Shown in pieces: positions 14,020-26,400 of a DNA stretch of 64,000 nt. Numbering within the stretch: the stretch's first letter is position 1; each line of letters begins with the position of its first letter. Below the pieces are notes generated by a model that made no database searches, had not been told where the DNA came from, and saw nothing but the letters and a program-made list of their open reading frames with translations. This DNA is from Mobula hypostoma (Eukaryota). Made by a program: the position numbers and the translations under genes. Location: contig NC_086118.1 in assembly GCF_963921235.1 (NCBI RefSeq), forward strand, positions 12,464,001 through 12,528,000. The letters run 5' to 3'.

Positions 14020-14820
14020 TGGCATCAGAGAGCAACTTCATTAGCGAAACAGTTAAATTCTTTGTATTCTAATGTCTCGATTTCGATTTCAGGGTGCCTG
14101 GGGTTCTATCGGGATCTTGGATCCGAAGCAGCACTGGAAAGTGTGGTTCTGCATGATGGCATGTTCCGGTTCTTGGAGCTTGCCAATCGGCTGTGTTTCA
14201 GTATGTCCAGCTTTTGCTTGAAATTGAGTGACTTTGGGGCCTTGCACAGCCCTGTGGACATGAATTCTCACCAGTGTCGCGAACTGAGGTGTAGCGGGAG
14301 CCAACACATCGATGAGAGCAAGGGTGGCTGTCGGAGGGCTCTGCACTCAGTAGTTGATTGATGGATCTCTCTCTGTCTGTCGATGGTGAGGGAGTATGCT
14401 TCTGATTCTCGAGATGGGGAACTCAAACTAAAAAACAACGTTTCAGACTGACCATAACATTGAAACAGCGATTATTGTCTTCCCTGTCACTGTGGAAGGA
14501 GTGATGTCTGTCTCTCCTTGTAAAAGAGAGACAGTGCCTGTGGGATGTCAAAAATATTGGAGTGAACAATTAGTTTTTGATCATAATCTCTCCTAAGGGA
14601 CTTTGCTGTTGTTTGCATGGTGGGTGGTGGGAGTGCTGATGCTTTATGCTAGAATAAGTGGGGTATGGGGAGAGGGAGGGCTGATGCTGCTTGCTGTTAC
14701 TTGTGCATGGGAGGGGGCAGGCGGCTTCGGTATTTTTACATTTTTATCTGTCTTTCATACTTTGGGGTTTTCCTTCTGTTCCGAGGAAGTCTGTGGAGAG
14801 TAAAAATTTCAGGTTGTACA
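14020..14820 (+). mobile_element. Unclassified non-autonomous interspersed repeat
   Basis: Its 3' part (gtctgtggagagtaaaaatttcaggttgtac) resembles the Rex1-type tails elsewhere in the window. Confidence 0.4.
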
Positions 14821-14825
14821 TTCTA

Positions 14826-15462
14826 TGCGCAACACCCTGGTTCACATTTTTACTGCTATGCTGTAGGTATTTCATTTTAACAGGTCTGCAGGAGCATTCT
14901 GTTCTGCTTTCAGCCTGTTTGGGTTATTGTTGAAGATAAGGGATGCTGAGGAATGTGTGTCATCCAATTAGGGTGATGGAACTGGGAGGTGTTGTGAGGG
15001 ACACTAAGGTTGGTCTTGGGTTTTATTTGTTTGGCGGGAGATGAAGAGAGAAGACGCTGGAGAGAACCTGTCATCGTATTCGACCCGGTGGGGGACCATG
15101 ATTCGATGAAGCAGGGTGCTGGGGTCTACTGAGGACCAGTGAATATTTGGGACTTTTGGGAGAGTTGAGCTCCAAGTTGTGCACATTTGACTGTTCAATT
15201 ATAATGGGCCCTTTTTGTTTTCTTTTCTTTGCTTTACTAACCCTTCAGTTAAGTCAATATTCATAAATAGGTATGAATCGTATGCAGTGTTTAATATGAA
15301 ATGTGCTATCTGTTATATCTTGGCACTGAGTAGCAAATTACACAGCATCCACATAAACTGGGGTTAGAAGTGGGAGAGCTGTCTCAATCTCACGGGTTTG
15401 GCAGGCTGGAGTGTGTATTTTCATCGACTTATGCAGCCAAAGAAACCAGTGGAGTTTCATAT
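14826..15462. mobile_element. Possible solo LTR
   Basis: About 640 bp of non-coding sequence with a CCAAT box and LTR-like composition. The ends are only loosely inverted and no TSD was found. Confidence 0.3.
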
Positions 15463-15799
15463 GGTTTCTCTGACATTAAACAGAGGTATTGAACTATTAA
15501 AGGTGTACAGTAAAACTCAATATCTGGCAGCCAACTGATAATCTAGCATTCGGCTTTCTGCTTAGTCTGGAATGACAGCCAGAGACCCAGAGTTTAAGTG
15601 AGGTGTTCTGCCAGAGCTGGGGGTCTGGTCAATGGTCAGGGCTGGGATACCGATTGCAAGTCAGGTATGTAGATAGAGTCAGGGGTATGTTCCAGGTCGG
15701 GCATTCTGAAGGCCATGTATAATTAAGGGCTGATATTATTAGTCAGACTTCAGGAGAAGTGAAACTCTGTGAAAAGTTAAACAAAACAGGATTGGTCAT

Positions 15800-17870
15800 A
15801 AAGAAATGTAGGAAACATTGAAGCTTAAACAAGAGGAAGATCGATAGAAAAGATGACAAAGGAAATGTTAAAGAAAGAAATACTAATGAGGAAGCTACAC
15901 ACAAAATACAAAGGTGAAAACTATAAGGATTTAAATATTAATAATGAATTACATTCTGTATATTACAGAGCAAGAAATTTCAGAGGCAAAAGAAGATTAT
16001 AATAAAAGTACAAAGGGAGATAAATTGAATTCTCACAAATTGCCACTGAAATGGCAAAAATAATAAATTGAATGAGTATTTACCAAGAGAACTTGGACAT
16101 TATAGAAGTGATTGAAAAGAACATTAGGATATCTTTGTTAAAAAAGCAGTCACAGAACTGAAAAATTAGCCAACCAAAATGAATAAAACCTTTGATCTGT
16201 GTTGACTGCACCATGCATATCTAAAGAGGCAAGGAAAGAGACAGCAGAGGTAGTATTAAATATATATGAATCTCATTAGAAGGGAAAATAACATCAGAAT
16301 TCTGACAGCCAGGTAATGTAATTCTGATATTTTAAAATGTAGATAATTCAAGACCATGGAACGATGGATTAACATGCTAAGCTGATGAGAAGAAAGAATG
16401 TGGAATATTTACTGAAAAATGCAATAGAGATTGAAAATGTAATACTCACTGAAGAATACTAAATACAGACTTGAAGGGCAAGAATGAACACTTTGAAGAA
16501 TATATAAGGGTGACGTAATATATTTGAATTTCCAGAAGACTTAATGAAGATGCTGAGTAGTAAGGTCATGACTCACAACTACTTCATGACATTAAAAGTA
16601 GACTGAATCGCAAAACCATGGCAGATGGCTGAGATTACAAATAATTGCCCTGCCTGGCAGAGGTTTGGGAGTAATTTTCCACAAGGTTGTGCAGGTAGTA
16701 TTGTTGTTTACAATTTGCACCAACAGCTTGGACAGTTTAGGCGCGTTAGACAATGTCTGTGAGCTTCGCGATGATTTGTCCCACTGTGTGATGAACTGAC
16801 TCTGAGATTATGGGTCTGCTCCGGCTGTTCTGGGCTTTAGGTCTATGGACTCAATATCATTATGAATGTTGTTGTTTGCTTTTATTGTTTGCATGATCTG
16901 TGTTTATTTTCTCTCTCTGTGTATTGGATGTTGGTCTTTTTAAAAAAGTGGGTTCTTTCAGGTTTCTCGCTTTGTGGCTGCCTGTAAGCAGACAAATCTC
17001 AAGGCTGTATAATTTATACATACTTTGATAATAAATGCACTTCGAACTTTGAACTTTGAACATTGTTGATTCAGAACAAAGTTGGAGAAACATTCAGCAT
17101 GAGTATCTGCCAGGTGCTCCTGTTTCCAGAAACATGTTGGATTGCCCCAAATTATTATGTGAGTGGGTAGAATCTGGCTAGAATTGCAGAGAACAAGGGT
17201 GTAAAATTGGATGAATGTGGGATTGACAGTCAGTGTAAAAGTTGGTGCACTTAAAGGGCCATTTTCCATGTTGTATCTCCCAGTGATTCCATGACACAAA
17301 TAAACCTATAATTTTGAAATTATCGTCATTATAGGAAGGAGAAAGGATCCACATTTGACAAGAAGAATAATGAGTGCGGATGGTTCTTGGAAAATAAATG
17401 CCTGGATGGTGTTGAGGAACAAAGAGTAATGACACAATTTTATAATAGCCCTAAACAAAACCAAGCCGGCTGCAAAGGGAGTGAAATGAAAGGAACGGTA
17501 GGTGCATTACGCCACAGTGGAGCCTTGCCCATTAAGCACTATTAGTATAGTAAACTATATCAATCAGTTATAAAAAAGAGCCTAGGTATACCAAAGATGG
17601 CACAAGTAAAAGTATGATAGAATACCATTTCAGGAAAGATTCAACAGTTTAACTTCCAGAAAGAGAAGACAGAGGTGACCTAACAGAGGTTTGAGCTGGG
17701 GCTCTGTCCAATTACAGGACAGAGCAGTTGTGAATACGTAAATGTATTTGGGGACTCAGAAGTTATTCTTCACTTAGCTGGTGGTTAACATTTGATAATC
17801 ACTTCAGCAGAGAGTTTGAGACAATGATGTGATAGAGGCAATGAAAATGAAGCCGGACAAACTTCTGAAT
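15800..17870 (+). mobile_element. Ancient, highly decayed CR1 interrupted by SINE-like inserts (16740-17300)
   Basis: A-rich remnants of CR1 ORF2 motifs. The inserts carry a Rex1-like tail (17027-17060) and a V-SINE-like piece. Confidence 0.5.
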
Positions 17871-18199
17871 CTAACTCATTTTACACAGCGGTTGTGATAC
17901 ACGGCATAATGCAGGGTGTCCTTGGTGTGTTGGCAGGACTTCTCTGCAGGGATTATGTGGTGGATATACCTAACAACTCTGTTAAGCACAGGTGCATCTA
18001 ACATAATGGTGTATGGGCCATTGAAAGAAAAAGCTCACGTGAGTGCTGCATTTCAAACCCTCTATCATTCTAGTAAAGGAAAAGAGAGAAAACAAAATGG
18101 CAGGAGGATAAAATGCTGAAAGAATTAATTATCCCAGAGAGATTCAGTTCAAAGGGCATTGAAGTCAAATGGAAACTCGAGAGATAAACTAACCGTTGG

Positions 18200-18460
18200 A
18201 ACAATCTATGGAGGGAAATGAGCCGTGAACATTTCAGACTGAGACTCTTCATCAGGACTGGAAAGGACGAGACAGAGGCCAGAATGAAGCCAGATTGTAT
18301 GTGTTACTCTGGCTTTTATCATCTACCTTCCTAGTCACGATGAAGGATATTGGTCCTGTCGACCGTTCATTTTCCTCCATAAATTCTCCCCAACCTGCTG
18401 AGATCCTCCAGCATTTTATGTATGTTGCTTAAGATTTCTACCATCTGCAGAATATCCTCT
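18200..18460. mobile_element. Penelope-derived inverted pair with decayed hammerhead cores
   Basis: Minus strand ccagtcCTGATGAagagtctcagtctGAAAtgtt; the plus arm reads tagtcacgatgaagg...cctgctgagatcctccagcatttt. Confidence 0.7.
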
Positions 18461-18639
18461 GACTCCTTGGAACAATCTACTACTGGCTTGAGGGTCAGGT
18501 TTCAATAAATATCAAGGTCACATCCAATTAGAGAAAACATTTTCTCAGTTCTGTACAAGCCCTCAAAGAAATATACAAACATGGCTTTATAATTAAAGAG
18601 CGATGTTTAAAACCACTTAAACAAAAGATTTAAGGAAGT

Positions 18640-20205
18640 TCCCCTCAGCACAATTGTCCTTGAAAGACTTGCTGACGCCTGGGTAAGTGCCAAAATTACA
18701 GTTGCTCACAGGCCAATCTGCAAGAGCACAGCAGTCACCTTAATCTCAACAGCATGCAGAATTTTAAATTTCATGCAAGCTCCCATAAACTATTACAATC
18801 TTCAACATTGCTGCCGTCCCCACATGCTTCAAATCATCCATCATCATCCAGAACTCTCCACCTTCAGATCTAAATAACTACCATCCGGAGGCACTGACAC
18901 CAATGATTATGAAGTGCTTTGAATGGCTGGTAATGGCACACATCAAAAGCTCTATTCCTGCCACACTGGACACGGACCAATATGCTTACCGACACAACTG
19001 CTCTATGACGGATGCCAAGGCATCGGTTATGCACCAGCCCCTCTCACACCTAGAAAACAATGACACTTCACTCAGAATATAGTTTCTGGATTTCAGTTCA
19101 GCACCAAAACTACTGTCTCACAGACCTCTGTGAACAAATTCCTACTCCTTGGTTGAAATGCACCTCTGCGCAACTGGTCACTTATGTACAGACATACCTG
19201 TGTCTTGCATCACTTTATATATGTCCAGCCAATCTATCTTATGTATTTATTTTTATTTGGATTTTTTAATTATTGTGTTCTCTATCCTGCTGTGTTAATT
19301 TTGTCCTGCATCAGATCCAGAGTAACAATTATTTTGTTCCCCTTTCTACTTATCCAACTGGGCATTGGACTTCCTAATAGCTGACCTCAGATAGTCAGGA
19401 TGCACAACTGCACGGCCAAACACCCGAGTAATCACATTGTCAAGATCGCCAATGTCACAACGGTGGTGGGGCTCATCACCAACAATGATGAGACGGCCTA
19501 TAGAGAGGAGGTGTAAGAGCCCAAGGCCTGGTTCCCGGCTTACAACCTCTTCCTCAATGTCAACAAGACAAAGGAAATAGTTATCGGTTTCAGGATCCAC
19601 AACTGCTCCTCCCTCCCCATCATCTTCAATATGGATACCTTCCAAGTCTTCATGCTGGGCCAACTGCTGTACACTCTGCTCAGCATGTTGCATCACTGAA
19701 TGGAATGGAAGCCTCATTGCGGCGGACAAGAAGGTTCTACAGCAAGTAGCCGGAACTGCCCAATGTATCACTGGCGCCAGCCCACCTGCCATCAAGAACA
19801 TATATACAGAATAGAGCCAGAAACAAAACAGTAATATCATGAAGTTCCCACCCACCCTGCTCATGACCATCTGACCCACTCCCGTCAGGGAGGAGGCTAC
19901 GTAGCATTCACACCAGGACCGTCAAACTCAATGACAGGTTACTTTTCCCAAGCAGGAGGGTTGATCAGCACCTCCACCCACTACTCTAACACCACTATTT
20001 TATTGTTTCCTGCCGGAGTACTTTATGTACAGACACACCTGTGCCCAGTGATGTATATAAGCTATCTTATGTATTTATATTTATTGTGATTTTTTTTATC
20101 ATTGTCATCTCTCTCCTATTGTGTTCATTCTGTCCTGCATCAGATCCAGAGTAACAATTGTTTTGTTCTCCTTTCTACTTGTGTACTGGAAACTATGTTA
20201 AACAA
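18640..20205 (+). mobile_element. Rex1-type LINE, fragmented
   Basis: Remnants of ALTPMIMKCFEWLV, QYAYR and LFLNVNKTKEIV. The 3' tail occurs twice (19180-19350 and 20020-20200). Confidence 0.8.
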
Positions 20206-20623
20206 TCTTAAGTTGTTGCACAGTATATCCCTCAGTCTGCCATCAGCATCAATTCAGACAACAAAACTCTGCTTTAACAAACACAGGGGAATGTATTGGA
20301 ATTTTAAAAAGAGGTCAAGTTGACATAATGAAGCTACATGCATGCTAATCAATGGCAGCTTGGCACGGACAGACTTATGTAAACCCCAAACCCATGGCCT
20401 AAGCAAAAGTCTACAGCCACAGCACCTTCATTCAAGAATGAGAGGAGAAACCTCTAAAGACAGCTACATCCTCAGTCCAGCTTCACGGAAGAACCTGCAA
20501 ATATTTTCATGTGGTTCAGCTTCGCCAGTCTTCAATAAGTCAATTTGCTTCTTAGCGTCAAGAGATACTAGAGCCATAGTACAGAGCAGACGGAGTAAAG
20601 CCGATGACTGCTGATCTCCATAC

Positions 20624-20728
20624 CGGAGTATTGTAAAACTGCTTGACAAGGTTATCTGCGGCTTGAATAAACTCAGTAATACCCTCTTCTTGAGTGAGAA
20701 GGTTGTGGGTGCACACTGGGTTGTCAAA
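20624..20728 (-). CDS. Candidate exon of an unannotated gene or pseudogene (FDNPVCTHNLLTQEEGITEFIQAADNLVKQFYNTP)
   Basis: gttttag|TTT...CCG|gtatgg, 105 bp, phase 0-0. It encodes an amphipathic helix resembling the D-helix of short-chain cytokines. A second frame is also open. Confidence 0.4.
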
Positions 20729-20930
20729 CTAAAACATTTACAGGTTCTGTCTCCTCAAAATCTGCCTGACATATCAAGTATTTACAGAATTTTCTGCTTT
20801 TAATTCAGAAATCTGATATCTGGGATATTTTGCTTCTGAATATTTATTTTATAGGGCAGCTGTTGTCTTAAATAATAGTTAAGACAGTAAATGTCTTTTA
20901 ACTTTACATAACAAAGGAAAGATATTCTAC

Positions 20931-20996
20931 AGAGACATGCATCTGTGCAAAGTTCTCCAACCTCTCATTCTGCGACGTTATATATAATCTCAGAAC
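20931..20996 (-). CDS. Candidate exon of the same unannotated gene (VLRLYITSQNERLENFAQ...)
   Basis: Strong acceptor catcttttctgtcag|, and only the phase-0 frame is open. The donor is weak and uncertain. Confidence 0.25.
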
Positions 20997-21156
20997 CTGA
21001 CAGAAAAGATGCAAGCTCATATCAATTTGCAATAACCCATGGGAAGATGCAAGGTTCAGTGTTTGATTTATTGCCTGCACACATCAGCCATGTGATTACA
21101 CAATGAGTTTGTTCACACAGCAATACCAGATATCTTTTACTCCCTAGATGACAAAC

Positions 21157-21249
21157 CTGAACTGACATACGTTTCCCACATCCACCTTGGACAAGATCAC
21201 TGCTGTGTATTTGGTTGCCGTGGATTACAGAGAGAATGTCATCCACAAC
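21157..21249 (-). CDS. Candidate exon of the same unannotated gene (VVDDILSVIHGNQIHSSDLVQGGCGKRMSVQ)
   Basis: Strong acceptor ttttatctttgtcag| and donor CAG|gtttgt (alternative AAAC|gtatgt at 21171). 93 bp, with only one frame open. Confidence 0.35.
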
Positions 21250-21704
21250 CTGACAAAGATAAAATTGATATTGATCAACGTTTTGCAATTGTCACCACTT
21301 AGCAGCCACAACTGCATATCAACTTAGACCAGCTAAAATGTCTTGTCCTTTTCTGCGCACTATTATATAAATCAGTATTTTTCTCAATTATTAGTACTTT
21401 TAGTACATTATTACATCATGTGGTTTTACAATTGACCTCATTCAATACCATGATTATCAATTCAAAACTAAGATTAAAGACACTTTGTTATTACAACTTT
21501 GAATATCCATCAACACTGGGAGATGAATAACTGCATGTTGGGACATTAAGTTTTGATTAACACCAAAATGATTGACCATGTCACTCCACAAATTTAAAAA
21601 AATCGTCATGATTTCCCAGTTATGATTCTTAGTACTGACTTCCCAGTTAGACCCTGAGGTCCACTTCCAACAGTCTATCCTTTACATTACATTGGACATT
21701 TATA

Positions 21705-22326
21705 CAGTCGGCCCTCTGTATCCACGGGTTCCGCATCCGCGGATTCAACCAACCATATACTGTAGAAGTATCCCCTGCTATCAGAAAGTAGAACGTTCCT
21801 ATGAAACCTTTTGTAAGCCGAACCCAAAAAATAACCTACCAAATCATACCAAATAACACATAAAAGCTAAAATAACACTAACATATAGTAAAAGCAGGAA
21901 TGATATGCTACTAGCAGAACCAATAGTAACATCAGCAGCTTTCAAGATTCTTTCTCTCTGTGTGTAAATAGTACAAATGGTGGACGCAGGCAAGTTCAAC
22001 TCATGCACAATGTCCTTATTTCGTTCACCATGATCGAAACGCTTAATTACGTCCAGTTTTACACCTCTTAGGCTTTTCTGATACCTTAGGACAAATTTTG
22101 TTAATGGATGCACAAAATAAATCTAGATAAAGCACTCTCACTGCTCGGGGTGCACACTGTCTCTATAATGGCTCGCTGCAAAACAAATGCTGAACGATAT
22201 TTTTGCTTTTCGTAACATTTTCATGAGCTCTCTTAGGCTTTTATATAAGGAACTTGGCATCCGCGAATTTTGGTATCCGCGGGGGGGTCCCAGAACCAAT
22301 ACTCCGCAGATACGGAGGGCCGACTG
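21705..22326 (-). mobile_element. TcMar-Tigger (pogo-like) non-autonomous DNA transposon
   Basis: TIRs CAGTCGGCCCTCTGTATC / GATACGGAGGGCCGACTG are flanked by TA. An internal minus ORF encodes a CENP-B/psq-type HTH (KLDVIKRFDHGERNKDIVHELNLPASTICTI). Confidence 0.92.
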
Positions 22327-22771
22327 TATACATCACTTGTTTTTATAATTACTGTTATAGTTACTGACGTCACTTGTCTCTATAATTATAGCAGAAAGGC
22401 TCCTCTATCTTTCACAGACCTGTGCTCAGCTGTTCCTTCTAATGAACATTACGCTCAACCCCGTGGCTTCCTAATGGCTCAGTTTTACAATTTGACACCC
22501 ATTCTAATATTTTTTTCTCTGGCTTCGTGTCAATGTTTGATATGGCACATATGAGTTGCTCCGCGATGTTCCATCAAGTTAGGACATAAGATTTACTTAC
22601 GTATAGGCTTGCTGAATAACAAATATGTCTAACATTAGAGTGAATGTGATAAATGATAAAAGGTTTAGAGGGAATCTGAGGAATAATAATTCTCACACTG
22701 TGGGTGGTTAGAATCTGGAACCCACAGCCTGAGTGGATGGTGGAAGCAAGTACTACAGTATCCAGATGAAA

Positions 22772-22962
22772 TCACAAACAAGAGAAAATCTGCAGATGCT
22801 GGAAATCCAGAGCAACACACACAAAATGCTGGACAAACTCAGCAGGCCAGGCAGCATTGATGGAGAAAAGTACAGTTGACGTTTTGGCCCGAATCATCCA
22901 TTCTTTTTTTTTTCCATAGATGCTGCCTGGCCTGCTGAGTTCCTCCAGCATTTTGTGTGTGT
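22772..22962. mobile_element. Penelope-derived fold-back insertion with a 13-bp TSD
   Basis: TATCCAGATGAAA occurs at 22759-22771 and 22963-22975 around inverted arms. It sits in a CR1 3' end (about 22660-23075). Confidence 0.85.
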
Positions 22963-23459
22963 TATCCAGATGAAAGTTTGAATTGTCAACACCTTGAAGT
23001 CTATGGGCCAAGTGATAGTAAATGGGATTAATAAAAATGAATATTTGATTGTTGGTTGACTTATTTCTGTGCTTTTTATGACTCTATGCCTCTACGACAA
23101 GAGAGTGTCAATCTGAAATTTGGAGCATTTTTATGAGTACAGGTTTTCTGTATGTATGGCTTTAAAGTCAGCCTCTTAAATGGGAAGATGCATTGTGAGT
23201 GCAAAACATAATAGTAGTAAGTGTAGGCTACTTGGCCCATCAAGCATGCCCCACCATTCAACATGACTATGCGTGATCTACTCCAGGCCTTAGCTGCTAG
23301 ATTACCAGAGCCTTCATTCTCCTGACCTTTCAAAGAATTACCCACTTTAATCCACAATACCTCCACTTTAAGTTCTTCAAATGAGCTACCTTCAATAAGT
23401 CTCTCTGGTAGAAAATTCCTGGAATTCAGTACAGAATGCAAGGGCAAAGTTTTAACTAC

Positions 23460-26400
23460 CTCAGTGCATCCAGCTGCAGCTCCTGACAAACCGAGTTAGG
23501 GAACTGGAGCTGGAGCTGGATGAACTTCGGATCATTCGGGAGGCAGAGGCAGAAATAAACAAGAGTTACAGGAAGATAATCACCCCTAAGAGTCAGGAGG
23601 CAGGTAGCTGTGTGACTATCAGGAGAGGGCAGGGGAATAGACAGCATGAGCAGAGCACCCCTGTGGCCATTCCCACCAATAATAAGTACATCATTTTGGA
23701 TACCGTTGATGGGGATGACCAACCAGGGACAAGTTGCAGTGCTTGCGTCTCTGGCATCAAGACGGGACCCTCAACTCAGAAGGGAAGGAGGGAAAGAGGA
23801 GAGCAGTAGTGATAGGGGATTTGATAGTAAGGGGGACAGATAAGAGGTTCTGTGGAAGAGATTGAGAATTCTGGATAGTCTGTTGCCTCCCTGGGGACAA
23901 GGTCCACGATATCTCAGATTGAGTTCTCAGTATTCTCAAGAGGGAGGGTGAGCAGCCAGATGTCGTGGTCCATGTAGGGACCGACGACAAGGGTAGGAAG
24001 AGTGAGGAGGTACTGAAAGGTGAGCTGAGGGAGTTAGGCACCAAGTTAAAGAACAGGACATCCAGGATAGCAGTCTCAGGATTGCTACCAGTGCCATGTA
24101 CAGGTGGGTTTAAAAATGGTAAGATAGCACAGATCAACACATGGCTGAAGACATGGTGCAGGAGGGAGAGCTTCAGATTTATAGATAATTGGGCAGGTTT
24201 CCAGGGAAGGTGGGACCTGTTCCGGCAGGATGGTTTACATCTGAACTGGAGGGGGACAAATATTCTTGCAGGTAGGTTTGCTAGAGAGGCTCCAGTGGAT
24301 TTAAACCAGATACAAGGGGGGAGGGGAACCAGAGTGTAGGAACAGATGTATGGGAGAAGGAAGAAAAATGCGATAAAGTTTTTTGCACCGTTAGTGATAA
24401 ACAGAGAGTAAGAGGTGGAAAATTTCTTAAATGCATTTATTTTAATGCTAGGAGCACTCTAAGAAAGGTGGATGAGCTTGGAGTATGGATTGATACCTGT
24501 AAGTATGATGTTGTAGCTATTAGTGAAACACGGATGTAGGAGGAGTGTGATTGGCAAATAAATATTCCTGGATTTCATTGCTTCAGGTGTGATAGAATCG
24601 GAGGGACAAGAGGGGGAGGTGTTACATTGCTTGTCAGAGAAAATATTACAGTGGTGCGCTGGCAGGAGAGATTAGAGGGCTCGTCTAGGGAGGCTATTTG
24701 GGTGGAATTGAGGAATGGGAAAGATGTAGTAACACTTATAGGGGTGTATTATAGACCACCTAATGGGGAGCAAGAAGTAGAGAAGCAAATTTCTAAGGAG
24801 ATAGCAGATATTTGTAGTAAGCACAAGGTTGTGATTACGGGAGATTTTAATTTTCCACATATAGACTGGGAAGACCATACTGTAAAAGGGCTGGATGGTT
24901 TGGAGTTTGTAAAATGTGTGCAGGATAGTTTTTTTGCAGCAATACATAGAGGTACCAACTAGAGAAGGGGCAGTGTTGGATCTCCTGTTAGGGAATGCGA
25001 TAGGGCAGGTGACGGAGGTATGTGTTGGGGAGCACTTCGGGTCCAGTGATCACAATGCCATTAGTTTCAATATAATTATGGAGAAGGATAGGTTTGGACC
25101 CAGAGTTGAGATTTTTGATTGGAGAAAGACTAACTTTGAGGAGATGCAAAAGGATTTAGAAAGAGTGGATTGGGATAAATTGTTTTATGGGAAGAATGCA
25201 ATAGAGAAATGGAGGTCATTTAAAGGAGAAATTTTGAGAGTACAGAATCTTTATGTTATTTGTTAGGTTGAAGGGAAAGGTTAAAAGTTTGAGAAAGCCA
25301 TGGTTTTCAAGGGATATTGGAAACTTCGTTCGGAAAAAGAGAGATATCTACAATAAATATAGGCAGCATGGAGTAAATGAGGTGCTCGAGGAATATAAAG
25401 AATGTAAAAAGAATCTTAAGAATGAAATTAGAAAAGCAAAAAGAAGATACAAGGTTGCTTTGGCAAGTAAGGTGAAAATAAATCCAAAGGGTTTCTACAG
25501 TTATATTGATAGCAAAAGGATAGTGAGGGATAAAATTGGTCCCCTAGAGAATCAGAGTGGACAGTATTGTGTGGAACCAAAAGAGATGGGGGAGATTTTG
25601 AACAATTTCTTTTCTTTGGTATTCACTAAGGAGAAGGATATTGAATTGTGTAAGGTAAGGGAAACAGATAGGGAAGTTATGGAAACTATGATGATTAAAG
25701 AAGAGGAAGTATTGGCGCTTTTAAGGAATATAAAAGTGGATACATCTCTAGGTCCTGACAGGATATTCCCTATGACCTTGAAGGAAATTAGTGTAGAAAT
25801 AGCAGCGGCTCTGACAGAAATATGTCAAATGTCATTAGAAACAGGGATAGTGCCGGAGGATTGGCGTATAGCTCTTTTGTGCCATTGTTTAAAAAGGGTT
25901 CTAAGAGTAAACCTAGCAATTATCGGCCTGTAAGTTTGATGTCAGTAGTGGGTAAATTGGTGGAAAGTACTCTTAGAGATAGTATATATAATCATCTGGA
26001 TAGACAGGGTCTGATTAGAAACAGTCAACATGGATATGTGCGTGAAAGGTCATGTTTGACAAATCTTAGTGAATTTTCTGAAGGGGTTACTGGGAAAGTT
26101 GATGAGGGTACAACGGTGGATGTTGTCTATATGGACTTCAGTAAGGCCTTTGACAAGGTTCCACATGGAAGGTTAGTTAGGAAGGTTCAATTTTTATGTA
26201 TTAATATTGAAGTAGTAAAATGGATTCTGCAGTGGCTGGATGGGAGACGCCAGAGAGTAGTGGTGGATAACTGTTTGTTATATTGGAGGCCAGTGACTAG
26301 TGGTGTACCTCAGGGATCTGTACTGGGTCCAGTGTTGTTCGTCATATACATTAATGATCTGGATGCTGGGATGGTAAATTGGATTAGTAAGTATGCAGAT

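Noticed and set aside
20464..20727. 87-aa ORF-track frame (TTQCAPTT...REAGLRM)
   Set aside because: It starts at a non-ATG codon right at a splice acceptor and looks less protein-like than the overlapping frame; not fully excluded.
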